Source: a virus. From it: 64,000 nt of DNA. Shown one piece after another: positions 1-17,243 of the stretch. Numbering within the stretch: the stretch's first letter is position 1; each line of letters begins with the position of its first letter. The DNA lies in the UHGV virus genome UHGV-0066004; one strand, written 5' to 3'. The translations under genes and the position numbers were made by a program. The notes beneath the pieces are model-generated. The model did no database searches. It was not told the DNA's origin and saw nothing but the letters and a program-made list of their open reading frames with translations.

Positions 1-252
1 GTAGTTAGTCTCAACTACATTAAAATGAGACTTACCTTTTTAAAAGGTCTTTAAAGAGGGTCTTTTAATAAGGCGGGGTGCGGCTCGGTCTGGTTGTGTG
101 ATGTTCGGCTTGGTTAGGTAATGTATGGAAGGATGGCAGTAGCCTTATAAAAAATCTGCCAAATAAGCTATAAAATCTGTTGACAAGTCAGGTGTTATAG
201 CTTATTTTTATACTCAATGTAATACAAAATTTAATATAACTTTGAGGTCATT

Positions 253-636
253 ATGAAAAAGGTTTTATTAGCTGCTGCAATGGTTATGGCAATGAATTTA
301 CCAGTTAATGCAACAGAACTTCCAAATGTGGACTTATCAGGTGTTCCAGAAGACACTTGCCAGATTGTTAAAGGTGTTGCTCTAGCTAATGGTGAGCTAC
401 TTAAACCAATCTCTGAAGAGTCTTTGACAGAGATGACTGATAAAGTAACTGACTATCAGTATCGTGTTCTTGCAGAGTATTTCCTGCAATCTGCAAACAT
501 TAAAGAGAAGCACCATGAAGATATTGATGTACAGGCTATGCTAAATCATCGTATCCAGTTTAAAGAAGATTTGATGCAAAAAGCTATGTATGGTGTTGAG
601 TATTTCTTAGAAAACAGAAGCTGCACAGGTATTTGA
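253..636 (+). CDS. hypothetical secreted protein (signal-peptide-like N-terminus)
   Basis: 127-aa ORF; hydrophobic N-terminus MKKVLLAAAMVMAMNLPVNA. Confidence 0.55.
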   Translation: MKKVLLAAAMVMAMNLPVNATELPNVDLSGVPEDTCQIVKGVALANGELLKPISEESLTEMTDKVTDYQYRVLAEYFLQSANIKEKHHEDIDVQAMLNHRIQFKEDLMQKAMYGVEYFLENRSCTGI

Positions 637-637
637 T

Positions 638-850
638 ATGGCTCTTAAAAAGTTACATCCCAGAAGCGGTTATGGTAAGATAGTCGATGATACAGACGGC
701 TTTACAGTATTTACAGTCATCTGTCAAGATGATTCACAGATTGAAAAGGCTCTTGATGATTATCTTAACGATGAACGTGAAAAGGTTAGGGCTACAAACA
801 TAGATTCATTAATTGACACTTCACGTAAACGGAAGAAGAAAGATGAATGA
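638..850 (+). CDS. hypothetical protein
   Basis: 70-aa ORF tightly packed after upstream gene. Confidence 0.45.
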   Translation: MALKKLHPRSGYGKIVDDTDGFTVFTVICQDDSQIEKALDDYLNDEREKVRATNIDSLIDTSRKRKKKDE

Positions 851-1142
851 AGTTTTTGACCCTTATGCTCCACAAGATGATTGGGAGGCTGACAGAGAGG
901 CTGAAATGGAGAGTTATGTTTGTCCAATGGATGTAGACGAAATGAGAGACTTCGTTGCACACCGTTTTAAGAAAGAGATTAAATCCAGAGGTCTTTCTCA
1001 AGAGCAAGTTGCTAAAATTTGTGGTATCTCTCAGGCTCGCGTATCCAACATAATCCACCTCACTGGTAATGTCTCCCTTGAGTATATGTTGGAAGTATGT
1101 GAAAAATTTGGTGTTAATTTCAATTTAAGGCTGGCAGATTAA
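843..1142 (+). CDS. putative helix-turn-helix DNA-binding protein
   Basis: HTH-like segment LSQEQVAKICGISQARVSNI; start taken at ATG 843 overlapping upstream stop (track ORF starts 813). Confidence 0.55.
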   Translation: MNEVFDPYAPQDDWEADREAEMESYVCPMDVDEMRDFVAHRFKKEIKSRGLSQEQVAKICGISQARVSNIIHLTGNVSLEYMLEVCEKFGVNFNLRLAD

Positions 1143-1143
1143 T

Positions 1144-1503
1144 ATGAAACGTGAAAACATTATCCACTCTGAAAACTTCGCATTAGGCTTTTATGGTGTA
1201 CCTACTCACCTTGAAAAGTATTATGGTGTGAAGATTCTCTCCAATCTCATTATGGCTTACAAAGATGGTAAGATTAAGCATACTGAGAAGAAACGTGTCA
1301 TGGGCTATATGGCTGTAGGTTCAGCAATCTCGAACATTAAGCTGGAAACAACTAGCAGTCAGATTGTGAAAGACCACTTCATCAAAGAGCTTTACCAGAA
1401 TCTTGATGGTGTAGATGTTCAGGCTGTTTGGCTGGATGTTGACGGTCATAACTACACGAGTTTTGTTTTCAAAAACGACGACATTAAGTGTCTGTTCCCA
1501 TAA
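1144..1503 (+). CDS. hypothetical protein
   Basis: 119-aa ORF, compact operon spacing. Confidence 0.5.
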   Translation: MKRENIIHSENFALGFYGVPTHLEKYYGVKILSNLIMAYKDGKIKHTEKKRVMGYMAVGSAISNIKLETTSSQIVKDHFIKELYQNLDGVDVQAVWLDVDGHNYTSFVFKNDDIKCLFP

Positions 1504-1516
1504 TAGGTGATTAACT

Positions 1517-2032
1517 ATGATTGATATCTACTTACAAGATGCTCATGCAGATTTCCTTAAAACGATGCTTAAAAAGTTTATGGCTTCACAGGGTGATAAT
1601 GAAGCATCTTTTAAAATAGTCACATGTGGCGACGAAGCTGGTTTTGTTGAGATTGAACATGAAGATACTGGAAAGACTGTTTGTAAGTTACCTGATAGCA
1701 TGTTCTCTAACACGTTCTTAACAAAGACTAGTATAAATGTTAAGCTTGTTCCTCAGATTGAAACATACTCTGGTACAGATTACCCTAAAGGTTTTAAGTC
1801 ATTGATGAAGTACTTCTTAGATGACTTTGTGGGTAATCTTCTGAGGGAGGTAAAAGAAAGTCGTACAGTGTTGACTGTAGAGAACATGGGAGGAACTATC
1901 AAGGTCACTTCTGACTGTTTTGTTATGAGCCTCTTCGACTTCGTTCCTAAGAACTTTGATGGTATTCTGGATGAAGAAGATGACTGTGTAGACTTTATAT
2001 TGGTTCTTGAACCAGTTTTTGAGGTTAAATAG
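1517..2032 (+). CDS. hypothetical protein
   Basis: 171-aa ORF. Confidence 0.5.
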   Translation: MIDIYLQDAHADFLKTMLKKFMASQGDNEASFKIVTCGDEAGFVEIEHEDTGKTVCKLPDSMFSNTFLTKTSINVKLVPQIETYSGTDYPKGFKSLMKYFLDDFVGNLLREVKESRTVLTVENMGGTIKVTSDCFVMSLFDFVPKNFDGILDEEDDCVDFILVLEPVFEVK

Positions 2033-2293
2033 ATGAAAATTGAACACTGCTATGAGTCTGATGGAACACCTCTCCGTTGTCCACATTGTGGGTGTACAGA
2101 CTTACAAGGTGAGGTAAGTGAAATAGTCAACGGTCATATTGCTGAAGAAAGTACCCGATGCACAGGGTGTAATGAAATTATCGCTTTCTGGGCTTATGGT
2201 TCATACCAACCATCTCCACATTTTATCTACCATCGTAGTAAAGTTGTGAAGAGTGTCATCAACTGGTTCATTAAGAAAGGGTTTACAAAATGA
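2033..2293 (+). CDS. hypothetical zinc-ribbon protein
   Basis: 86 aa with CPHCGC ... CTGC cysteine pairs. Confidence 0.5.
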   Translation: MKIEHCYESDGTPLRCPHCGCTDLQGEVSEIVNGHIAEESTRCTGCNEIIAFWAYGSYQPSPHFIYHRSKVVKSVINWFIKKGFTK

Positions 2294-2835
2294 TTAAACT
2301 AATATTTGCAAGTGGTGAAAACGGTGAATTTGGTACACCGACTGGTATGCCGTGGCCTCGACATAAGCAAGATATGCAAGAGTTTAAGAGACTCACTAAA
2401 AACAACTTAGTAGTGATGGGTAACGAGACTTTCAAGACTCTGGGGAGTAAACCTTTACCAGAACGTGCAAATCTCATCTTAACAAATTCTGTACCATACT
2501 TAGGCATAGACTTTGGCAAAGATGAGGTAATGTATGCTAAGGCCAGCAAAGAATCCTTTGGAGCATTTTTGAAGTATCTCGATAACTCTATTGATGAAGA
2601 TGTCTTTGTAATTGGTGGTGCAGGTGTCCTTGTCAATGCTTTACCATATGCTGGTGTAGTTTTCCATACAGTTTTCCATAAAGTTACTGAAGAGGCCACT
2701 GTGCATTTACCTTTTGAAAACTTCTTCGATAAACTGTATGATAACCGTGTATTTACAAAGGTACAGTCAAAACCATCAGAGGATGGTAAAGCAACCTTTG
2801 AAATTTATGTTCCACAAGTAAAAGGACACTTTTGA
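2290..2835 (+). CDS. frd: dihydrofolate reductase
   Basis: 181 aa; DHFR-like N-terminus (IFASGENGEFG, MPWP, VVMGNETF); directly upstream of thymidylate synthase as in T4-type phages. Confidence 0.8.
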   Translation: MIKLIFASGENGEFGTPTGMPWPRHKQDMQEFKRLTKNNLVVMGNETFKTLGSKPLPERANLILTNSVPYLGIDFGKDEVMYAKASKESFGAFLKYLDNSIDEDVFVIGGAGVLVNALPYAGVVFHTVFHKVTEEATVHLPFENFFDKLYDNRVFTKVQSKPSEDGKATFEIYVPQVKGHF

Positions 2836-2836
2836 T

Positions 2837-3736
2837 ATGTCACAAGCAGATACAAGTTACAAAAATATCCTGAACCATGTTTTATCCGTTGGTGAACTGC
2901 GTACTACAAGAACTGGAGATGTTATCTCTGCATTTGCTCCACCACAGTTTCGTTTTGATATGCGTACTGGTTTCCCACTCTTAACATCTAAACAGGTGTT
3001 TACAAGGCAAGTTATTGGGGAAGCTTTATGGTTCCTGAACGGTGAGAATAAGCTTGGTGAACTTCGTTACCGTACTTGGGGTGAAAATGATGGGGAACGC
3101 TGGACTATCTGGTCAGATGATTTTAAACGCTGGTTAAGCTCTAACTATTCTTCTGAACAAGATTGGTTAGAGGATGCAGGTGGGAGAATCTACGGGGTTC
3201 AGTGGAGAAACTTTGAAGGTCATAATGGTTGTGTTGTAGACCAGTTAGAGACCTTAGTAACGAAGATGAAAGGTGATATCACAGACCGTTACATGCTTGT
3301 TAATGCTTGGAATGCAGCAGATATTGCAGCTAACTCAATGGCTTTAGCACCTTGTCATGTTCTGTTTCAGATTTATATCACTAACGAAGGTGAAGTTGAC
3401 TTACAATGGTATCAACGTTCTGTAGACACCTTTTTAGGACTTCCGTTTAACATTGCATCTTATGGTTTTATTCTGGAAGTTCTTTGCAAGATGACTGGAT
3501 ACACTCCACGATACTTGATAGGTGTCTTTGGAGATACTCAGATTTATCATAACCATATGAAGCAGGTCTATGAACTGATGAACAATGAAGAGTTTCATGC
3601 ACCTACTTTTGAGATTGGTGTACAGCTTAACACTTTAAGTGACTTAAAACATCTTACTGCAAGTGACTTTATTGGTGGAATTAACAACTACCAACATGCA
3701 GGGAAGATTGAAGCACCTCTGTCAGTAGGTAAGTAA
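2837..3736 (+). CDS. thyA: thymidylate synthase
   Basis: 299 aa; ThyA motifs ALAPCH (active-site Cys) and LGLPFNIASY. Confidence 0.85.
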   Translation: MSQADTSYKNILNHVLSVGELRTTRTGDVISAFAPPQFRFDMRTGFPLLTSKQVFTRQVIGEALWFLNGENKLGELRYRTWGENDGERWTIWSDDFKRWLSSNYSSEQDWLEDAGGRIYGVQWRNFEGHNGCVVDQLETLVTKMKGDITDRYMLVNAWNAADIAANSMALAPCHVLFQIYITNEGEVDLQWYQRSVDTFLGLPFNIASYGFILEVLCKMTGYTPRYLIGVFGDTQIYHNHMKQVYELMNNEEFHAPTFEIGVQLNTLSDLKHLTASDFIGGINNYQHAGKIEAPLSVGK

Positions 3737-3737
3737 A

Positions 3738-3780
3738 ACAAAAAAGGCTCCCGTAAAAAGGAGCCTTAAACTTTATTTTT
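3738..3780. terminator. bidirectional rho-independent terminator hairpin
   Basis: aaggctcc-N8-ggagcctt stem with A-run on one side and T-run on the other, between convergent genes. Confidence 0.6.
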
Positions 3781-4144
3781 CAGTATTCTTTGTGTTCTTC
3801 TCAGTAATAGCTTGCAAGGCTGATACTGATTGAGCCAGATTGTTCACACTGTCAGAGAATTTATCAAGAGTTTTGGTAAGTTTTGCGTTTTCACCCTTAA
3901 CGTTCTCTAACTGAACTTTCTGGTTCTCCATCCCTAGCTGAATCAGTCTCATGTCAGACTGTAAATCACGAATAGCTGAATAGTTACTTTTGGAATAATT
4001 ATCTAGCTGCTGTAACTTTGTTGTGACAGACACTTCTTGTTTACCACTTGAAACTTGCATCGTGGTATACATCCCAATAACACTAAAAATACCAACTACA
4101 ATTGCACCAATATTATTTTTAAAAGCTTCCTCTAGCCACTTCAT
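3773..4144 (-). CDS. hypothetical membrane-anchored coiled-coil protein
   Basis: 123 aa; N-terminal hydrophobic segment IGAIVVGIFSVIGMYTTM then coiled-coil-like sequence. Confidence 0.5.
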   Translation of the reverse strand: MKWLEEAFKNNIGAIVVGIFSVIGMYTTMQVSSGKQEVSVTTKLQQLDNYSKSNYSAIRDLQSDMRLIQLGMENQKVQLENVKGENAKLTKTLDKFSDSVNNLAQSVSALQAITEKNTKNTEK

Positions 4145-4339
4145 TTATTTCTCCCCCTTAAAAGCTTTTTCTAAGTTATCTACGAACTCATCATCAATAG
4201 GCGTGTCTGTTTTACTCGCAAGGTATCTTGCAAGCTTAAAGAACACTTTCTCAATCATGTATTCACTTAGAAGGGATAAAATGAGTTTCCAGAAGAAGCT
4301 ACCTAGATTTTTTAGAAGAATTGCTAGGATTGTAGGCAT
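4145..4339 (-). CDS. hypothetical small membrane protein
   Basis: 64 aa, hydrophobic N-terminus. Confidence 0.4.
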   Translation of the reverse strand: MPTILAILLKNLGSFFWKLILSLLSEYMIEKVFFKLARYLASKTDTPIDDEFVDNLEKAFKGEK

Positions 4340-4418
4340 TTAATCACCTCATCAGCCAAGATGGTGAGAATACCCATAAAGAATATTAACACCATCTTAA
4401 CAATCAGTCAATAAGGGA

Positions 4419-6812
4419 TTAAGCAGTTCTTACCCAAGCCATTAACTTGTAGAACTGGTTAGTAACACTAAATGCTGAACCAGAACCTGTACCACCAGTG
4501 TTACCACTAACTGTATGGGTGTGAGCACCAATACCTACAGAGTGGGTGTGAGCACCAGTGTTACTTGTAGTACCAGACCATGTGTGTGTATGGTTACCAG
4601 TCGTGTTAGTGTTAGGGAACTTGTTATCAGTTCTGTCAAGCCAGTCAAGAGTTCTCGTCTTGTTATTGCTAACAGTTGTATAACCGTACTGAGCATCACC
4701 ACCATTAACCAATAGCAGACCTAAGTGGTGAGCGTGGTTACCAGCAGCACTTGTTGTACCACTTACAGAGTGAGTATGACCACCAGTGCTATTAGTGCTC
4801 TTCGTACCATAATCAAAAGATGAAGTGGTAGCAGAGAAACTATGGGTGTGTGATGGTAAGTTACCAACAGCTAACGTCACAGAATCTGAACCACCTGTTG
4901 TAGCAACATCTGAACCGTTTGCTGCTGCAATTCTGATAGTTCTACCAACACCATTATTCAGGTACGTCCAAGTTAACCCAGGAAGTGCTGTATTGGGGTC
5001 AACATTACTGTTAAACCACGTTACAATACCTACTGGATAGATTTTATTCAGGTCTGTAGAGTCACTAATTGCTTCTGCAATCTTCTGGTCAGTTTCAGCT
5101 TTAGTGTATGCACCAATTTCTGAAGGGGTTGGTTTATCTTGGTCTGTATAGATTTTAGACCATGCCTTCTCAAAACCATACCCATCTCGTGCAGTCCTGT
5201 AAAAAACACCACCATTCCTGTAGATAAACTTAAACTGTGCAGATGGTGTTGAGCCACCACCAATAAACATCTGATAAACTAGTTGTGATGCACCCCCAGT
5301 TTTCATTGTAACATTATACAGACCAGTTCTAGCATTCCAAGCAATACCATCCCCATCACCAACCTCTGTACCATTGCCAGTAGAGATAGCATACATGTAC
5401 CTATAGTCTGCGGTAGATTGCGTGTAATATCTAGCATCTAAGTTAGAGAAATCAGAAGGTTGAACTTGACCAGTAATGGCTAAATTCTTATTCGCAACAA
5501 TTGCTGATGGTTCAAGGGCAATTTGAGTACCAGAGTAACTATTGTTTAAGGTTACCACATTAGAGTTTGGGCCACCTACACCTAACCACCACCTCGATAC
5601 GTTCGCGGTATCCACACCACGGATATATAGTGGTTGACCTTGTGTTAAGTTTTTTAATACTAAGCCTTCATTATTTGATACAATAGTCTGCACATTCACG
5701 AAAGTGTTAGACACATTAATCTTAGCAAGATTATTCAAAGTAGCTGCTGGAATGTATCTAGAGTCAATGTTAGTCCAATCAGATGGTTGAATTTGACCAG
5801 TGATTTTTACACTCTTGTTAAATGTAGCACCAGACGAGTTTAAGACAATTGAGGTATTGCCCTTGTAATCGTAAAATGTGATATTGTCATTTGCATCACC
5901 TTTACCGATATACCACAGATTATTGTTTTCAACATCTTTTGCTAGGATGAACAAAGACTCATTAACAGCTTTATTTTTTAGCATGATAGCAGCAGCATTA
6001 GAGCTAACACTAACATAGTTGCTGAAGGTGTTTAAACCACTAAAAGTGTTATTCGCAGTTAACTGTGCAAACCTATGATTAGCAACTGTCTGAGTGAAGT
6101 ATCTAGCATCTAAGTTAGAGAAGTCAGAAGGCTGAACTTGACCCATGACTCTTAGTGTCTTGTTAAATGACGCTGTTGCGTTAAGGATTAACATTGAGCC
6201 AGTGGCACGATTGTACAGATAAACATTAGTGTTGTTTGCATTTCTCTGTCCAACATACCACGTTTGCTGGTTATTAGCATCTCTACCCTGAATATATGAA
6301 GCTCCTGCATTAGTTGCTTTCTTAAGAGTTAACTGCTCACCATCAACGACAATTGCTTGCCTAATGTTGAAGTTATTTGTTACAGCCAACCTTGCATATC
6401 TTGCATCATTCTCTTTATTAGTTCTCATCCCAAGTTCATTAGGACTTGGTTTATTCAGAGTATGATAAACAGTTGCTGACCTTGAAGCATCTGCAATAGT
6501 TAGCCTAAGACCATTTGCGTTAATTTTAAAAGTCTTTAAAACATCCCCAATATTAATCTCAGAAGAGCCTGTTGGGTCAAATACTGCCTTACCACCATAA
6601 AGTAACTTAACAATCCCTAAGTCACCCGTCATAGTGCTACCAGCAATCTGAACAAATCTTTCAAGTTTAAAAGATGCTAAGAAGTCTTGATAGGTCATTC
6701 GACGGTCTTCATCACCCAGCATTTCAGGTCTCTTTTTAACTCTGACATGAAGAAGGTCATCTGAACGGATTGTATCGATTGAGTTTAACTCACTCAACTT
6801 GTAATCTGCCAT
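4419..6812 (-). CDS. tail fiber protein (large)
   Basis: 797 aa; three internal repeats of G-Q-[VI]-Q-P-S-D-[FW]-[ST]-N-[LI]-D-[AS]-R-Y; His-x-His-rich C-terminus; distal to baseplate genes. Confidence 0.8.
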   Translation of the reverse strand: MADYKLSELNSIDTIRSDDLLHVRVKKRPEMLGDEDRRMTYQDFLASFKLERFVQIAGSTMTGDLGIVKLLYGGKAVFDPTGSSEINIGDVLKTFKINANGLRLTIADASRSATVYHTLNKPSPNELGMRTNKENDARYARLAVTNNFNIRQAIVVDGEQLTLKKATNAGASYIQGRDANNQQTWYVGQRNANNTNVYLYNRATGSMLILNATASFNKTLRVMGQVQPSDFSNLDARYFTQTVANHRFAQLTANNTFSGLNTFSNYVSVSSNAAAIMLKNKAVNESLFILAKDVENNNLWYIGKGDANDNITFYDYKGNTSIVLNSSGATFNKSVKITGQIQPSDWTNIDSRYIPAATLNNLAKINVSNTFVNVQTIVSNNEGLVLKNLTQGQPLYIRGVDTANVSRWWLGVGGPNSNVVTLNNSYSGTQIALEPSAIVANKNLAITGQVQPSDFSNLDARYYTQSTADYRYMYAISTGNGTEVGDGDGIAWNARTGLYNVTMKTGGASQLVYQMFIGGGSTPSAQFKFIYRNGGVFYRTARDGYGFEKAWSKIYTDQDKPTPSEIGAYTKAETDQKIAEAISDSTDLNKIYPVGIVTWFNSNVDPNTALPGLTWTYLNNGVGRTIRIAAANGSDVATTGGSDSVTLAVGNLPSHTHSFSATTSSFDYGTKSTNSTGGHTHSVSGTTSAAGNHAHHLGLLLVNGGDAQYGYTTVSNNKTRTLDWLDRTDNKFPNTNTTGNHTHTWSGTTSNTGAHTHSVGIGAHTHTVSGNTGGTGSGSAFSVTNQFYKLMAWVRTA

Positions 6813-6827
6813 TATAAATTTTCCTCT

Positions 6828-6850
6828 TAAAAGGGGCTATAAAGCCCCTG
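6828..6850 (-). terminator. stem-loop terminator candidate
   Basis: ggggct-ataa-agcccc hairpin with short U-run on minus strand after fiber gene stop. Confidence 0.45.
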
Positions 6851-6858
6851 TAAAGAAA

Positions 6859-8046
6859 TTAAGCTGTTCTCTGCCATACATACAGTACGAATGATGGCTG
6901 CTCAATGTTGAAAGCTTGTCCACCACCAACACTGTTAGTGTTTCCGCTATGTGTATGCTCAGAAGAAGAAACTGTCACAGTACCGTTGTGTGTATGTGAA
7001 CCAATACCAACTGTATGGCTATGAGCACCAATACCCACTGTGTGATTGTGGTTACCAGTTGTGTTAGTGGTAACGCTAAAAGAGTGGGTGTGCGAACCAG
7101 CGACTTCGCAGACAGCATCTGCTGAGTACCACGATTGGTCATTCCTTGTAGACCAAACCATTGCAGGTCTTTCCGATAAACCACCACCTGATTCATAGGT
7201 CAATCTGTGGTTATGAGCACCAGCAGAACTTGTTGACCCACTACCAACATGGTTATGGTTACCAGTTGTGTTAGTGGTCTTAGTTCCATAGTCAAAAGAG
7301 TTGGTAGTCTTAGTTCCATAGTCAAAAGCTGAAATTGACATAGTTGCATTATGAGCATGACCACCACCACTAAGAGACACAGAGTGTGAGTGTTGTGGCA
7401 TATTATTAACTGACAAAGTGACAGTTGAAGCACCAAATACAGAGCCTGCTGGTCTTGTATCAGAGTCATAACCAACCAATGCTCTACCTTTTGAAACTAA
7501 CTCCCAAGTTCCTCCACAAATTAAATACGTAGAAGGGTTTGCAGAGTTCATGGAAAGATGGATAGTACCTACTGGATAAGAAGCCTGAACAGCCTTGTAC
7601 AAGTTATTTACTGCTCTTGCTGTAGCATATTTATCTGCATCTTCGTTATAAAGGTTCGATGTTGTCCAGTTCTGGACATTGCGCAACCCTACCTGTGCCT
7701 TAGTTGTATTGTGTGGGTTGCTCTTGTCCTGAATATGCTGTTGAACAAGATTATTAACCTCTTCTGAAGACATAATCTGTAGATTTGCTCTTGCCTGAGC
7801 TACATTAGTAACGTCTGATAAGTTATTTGCAGCAACTAACTGAAGAGCATTAATAACATTATCTAAACCAATTTGTGTTTTAGTAACACCATGAGGGTTA
7901 TTTCTTAGGCTTGAGTGTGGAGCAAGTAATTGCTCAAGAGTACACCTCTTATCCTCAATACCCTGCTTAAGATGGAAGATATCACTAAGGTCAATTGGTA
8001 AGGCTGCTTGAGGCAAGGCACTAATTTGAATTTCACCTACTGCCAT
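6859..8046 (-). CDS. tail fiber protein (second)
   Basis: 395 aa; C-terminal HxH motifs similar to the 797-aa fiber; duplicated SFDYGTKTTN segment. Confidence 0.75.
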   Translation of the reverse strand: MAVGEIQISALPQAALPIDLSDIFHLKQGIEDKRCTLEQLLAPHSSLRNNPHGVTKTQIGLDNVINALQLVAANNLSDVTNVAQARANLQIMSSEEVNNLVQQHIQDKSNPHNTTKAQVGLRNVQNWTTSNLYNEDADKYATARAVNNLYKAVQASYPVGTIHLSMNSANPSTYLICGGTWELVSKGRALVGYDSDTRPAGSVFGASTVTLSVNNMPQHSHSVSLSGGGHAHNATMSISAFDYGTKTTNSFDYGTKTTNTTGNHNHVGSGSTSSAGAHNHRLTYESGGGLSERPAMVWSTRNDQSWYSADAVCEVAGSHTHSFSVTTNTTGNHNHTVGIGAHSHTVGIGSHTHNGTVTVSSSEHTHSGNTNSVGGGQAFNIEQPSFVLYVWQRTA

Positions 8047-8048
8047 TA

Positions 8049-16067
<8,019 letters not shown>

Positions 16068-16068
<1 letters not shown>

Positions 16069-16307
16069 TACATTTTTCCTGCTCTTCTAAGTTCGTTGTA
16101 AGCAATTTCCTCTTTATACGACCTCTGAATTTCAAGAAATTGTCTCAATGATAATAAATCAGAGAATGTCATAGCAAAGAGTTGGTCAAGTGTTTCTTTA
16201 CACCCTTCCATACCATAAATAGCAAGCACAAATTTCATCTCGTCTGCTTCTTCATAGGTTGCCTCTACAGCAGCATCAGTTAGTGGTGTCTGTAGAGTGT
16301 TACCCAT
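16068..16307 (-). CDS. tail assembly chaperone, downstream -1 frame segment
   Basis: 79-aa ORF lying in the -1 frame relative to the upstream chaperone ORF. Confidence 0.6.
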
Positions 16308-16309
16308 GT

Positions 16310-16708
16310 TTACTGAGAAGTTAGGCTTTTGAAAATGCTTGCTTCGAAAAAACTTCCGAAGTTTGCCTCCAGCGCAAATGCTAAGTAATCAATAAATTCA
16401 CCATAGTTTGCTTGGAAGTATGTATCAATATTAAGTGGGAAGTCATCAACAGTTGCCCCTTGAAATAATAAGGTAGCCATCTCTTCAAGGTTAATTTCTT
16501 CAATTCTGTCAAAACAAGCTTCAACAAGCTCTTTAAATGGAACCATTGGAGCTTCCTTCTTACCCTTGTCAGTCAGACTTGATAGCATCTGTGCAAAGGT
16601 TGGAACAACAATTTTACCCAACTTCATAGACATCTTAATACCATCTCTTGCCCCAAGCAGAACGATATTTACTTTCTTACCATTAATTACTCTAGATTCT
16701 GTTTTCAT
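16310..16708 (-). CDS. tail assembly chaperone
   Basis: 132 aa between tail tube and tape measure; slippery heptamer near 3' end. Confidence 0.65.
   Translation of the reverse strand: MKTESRVINGKKVNIVLLGARDGIKMSMKLGKIVVPTFAQMLSSLTDKGKKEAPMVPFKELVEACFDRIEEINLEEMATLLFQGATVDDFPLNIDTYFQANYGEFIDYLAFALEANFGSFFEASIFKSLTSQ
16346..16352 (-). promoter_or_regulatory. candidate -1 programmed ribosomal frameshift site (T_TTT_TTC)
   Basis: minus-strand codons AGT TTT TTC give a slippery heptamer in the zero frame; -1 frame is open from here into the 79-aa ORF. Confidence 0.6.
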
Positions 16709-16732
16709 TGTGATTCCTTAATACTTTTAAAA

Positions 16733-16770
16733 GAAACAAAAAAGGGGAAGACCTTTTAAAGTCTCCCCCT
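16733..16770 (-). terminator. rho-independent terminator
   Basis: GC-rich hairpin (ggggaagac / gtctcccc) followed by U-run on minus strand, after tail tube gene. Confidence 0.6.
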
Positions 16771-16781
16771 TATAGGATTTA

Positions 16782-17228
16782 TTAAACACTTGACGCTGGA
16801 ATTGTAGAAGTGTAGTCTAGCTTCTCACAACCAAAAATCCAAGTTTTAGAGTTCTGGTCACGACCAAGTTCAATCTGCGGTAATTCCTGCAACCAAGCAT
16901 TAATACCAGTTGCCAGAACAGAGCCTGATGGGTCGTAGATTACGAAGTTAGAAGAGATATCTTCTTCAAGTTCCATATTGTCTTGTTTAGCTTGAATTGC
17001 AGAAAGCATCTGGTTAGAGAGAGAAGTCTGCATTAACTCAATCTCAATAGTACCTGTCTTGTCTGCATTTCTTGTCAGAGCAACCTGACCACCTGCACCA
17101 ACAACTGGTGTCACAAGTGGTGATGTTCTCTGTAGACGCAAGAATGAGTCTGGAGCAAAGCCTTCAATAGCAATGCCGTTCCAGCTACATACAACGTCTT
17201 TAGGGGAATATTGCTGATACATAGCCAT
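16782..17228 (-). CDS. tail tube protein
   Basis: 148 aa directly downstream of sheath-size gene. Confidence 0.65.
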   Translation of the reverse strand: MAMYQQYSPKDVVCSWNGIAIEGFAPDSFLRLQRTSPLVTPVVGAGGQVALTRNADKTGTIEIELMQTSLSNQMLSAIQAKQDNMELEEDISSNFVIYDPSGSVLATGINAWLQELPQIELGRDQNSKTWIFGCEKLDYTSTIPASSV

Positions 17229-17243
17229 TCCAATTTACCTCTA

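Noticed and set aside
760-1058. Minus-strand ORFs 760..960 and 792..1058
   Set aside because: Antisense to the plus-strand HTH gene block; no start context
2283-2699. 138-aa minus-strand ORF
   Set aside because: Antisense to the DHFR gene, which has clear functional motifs
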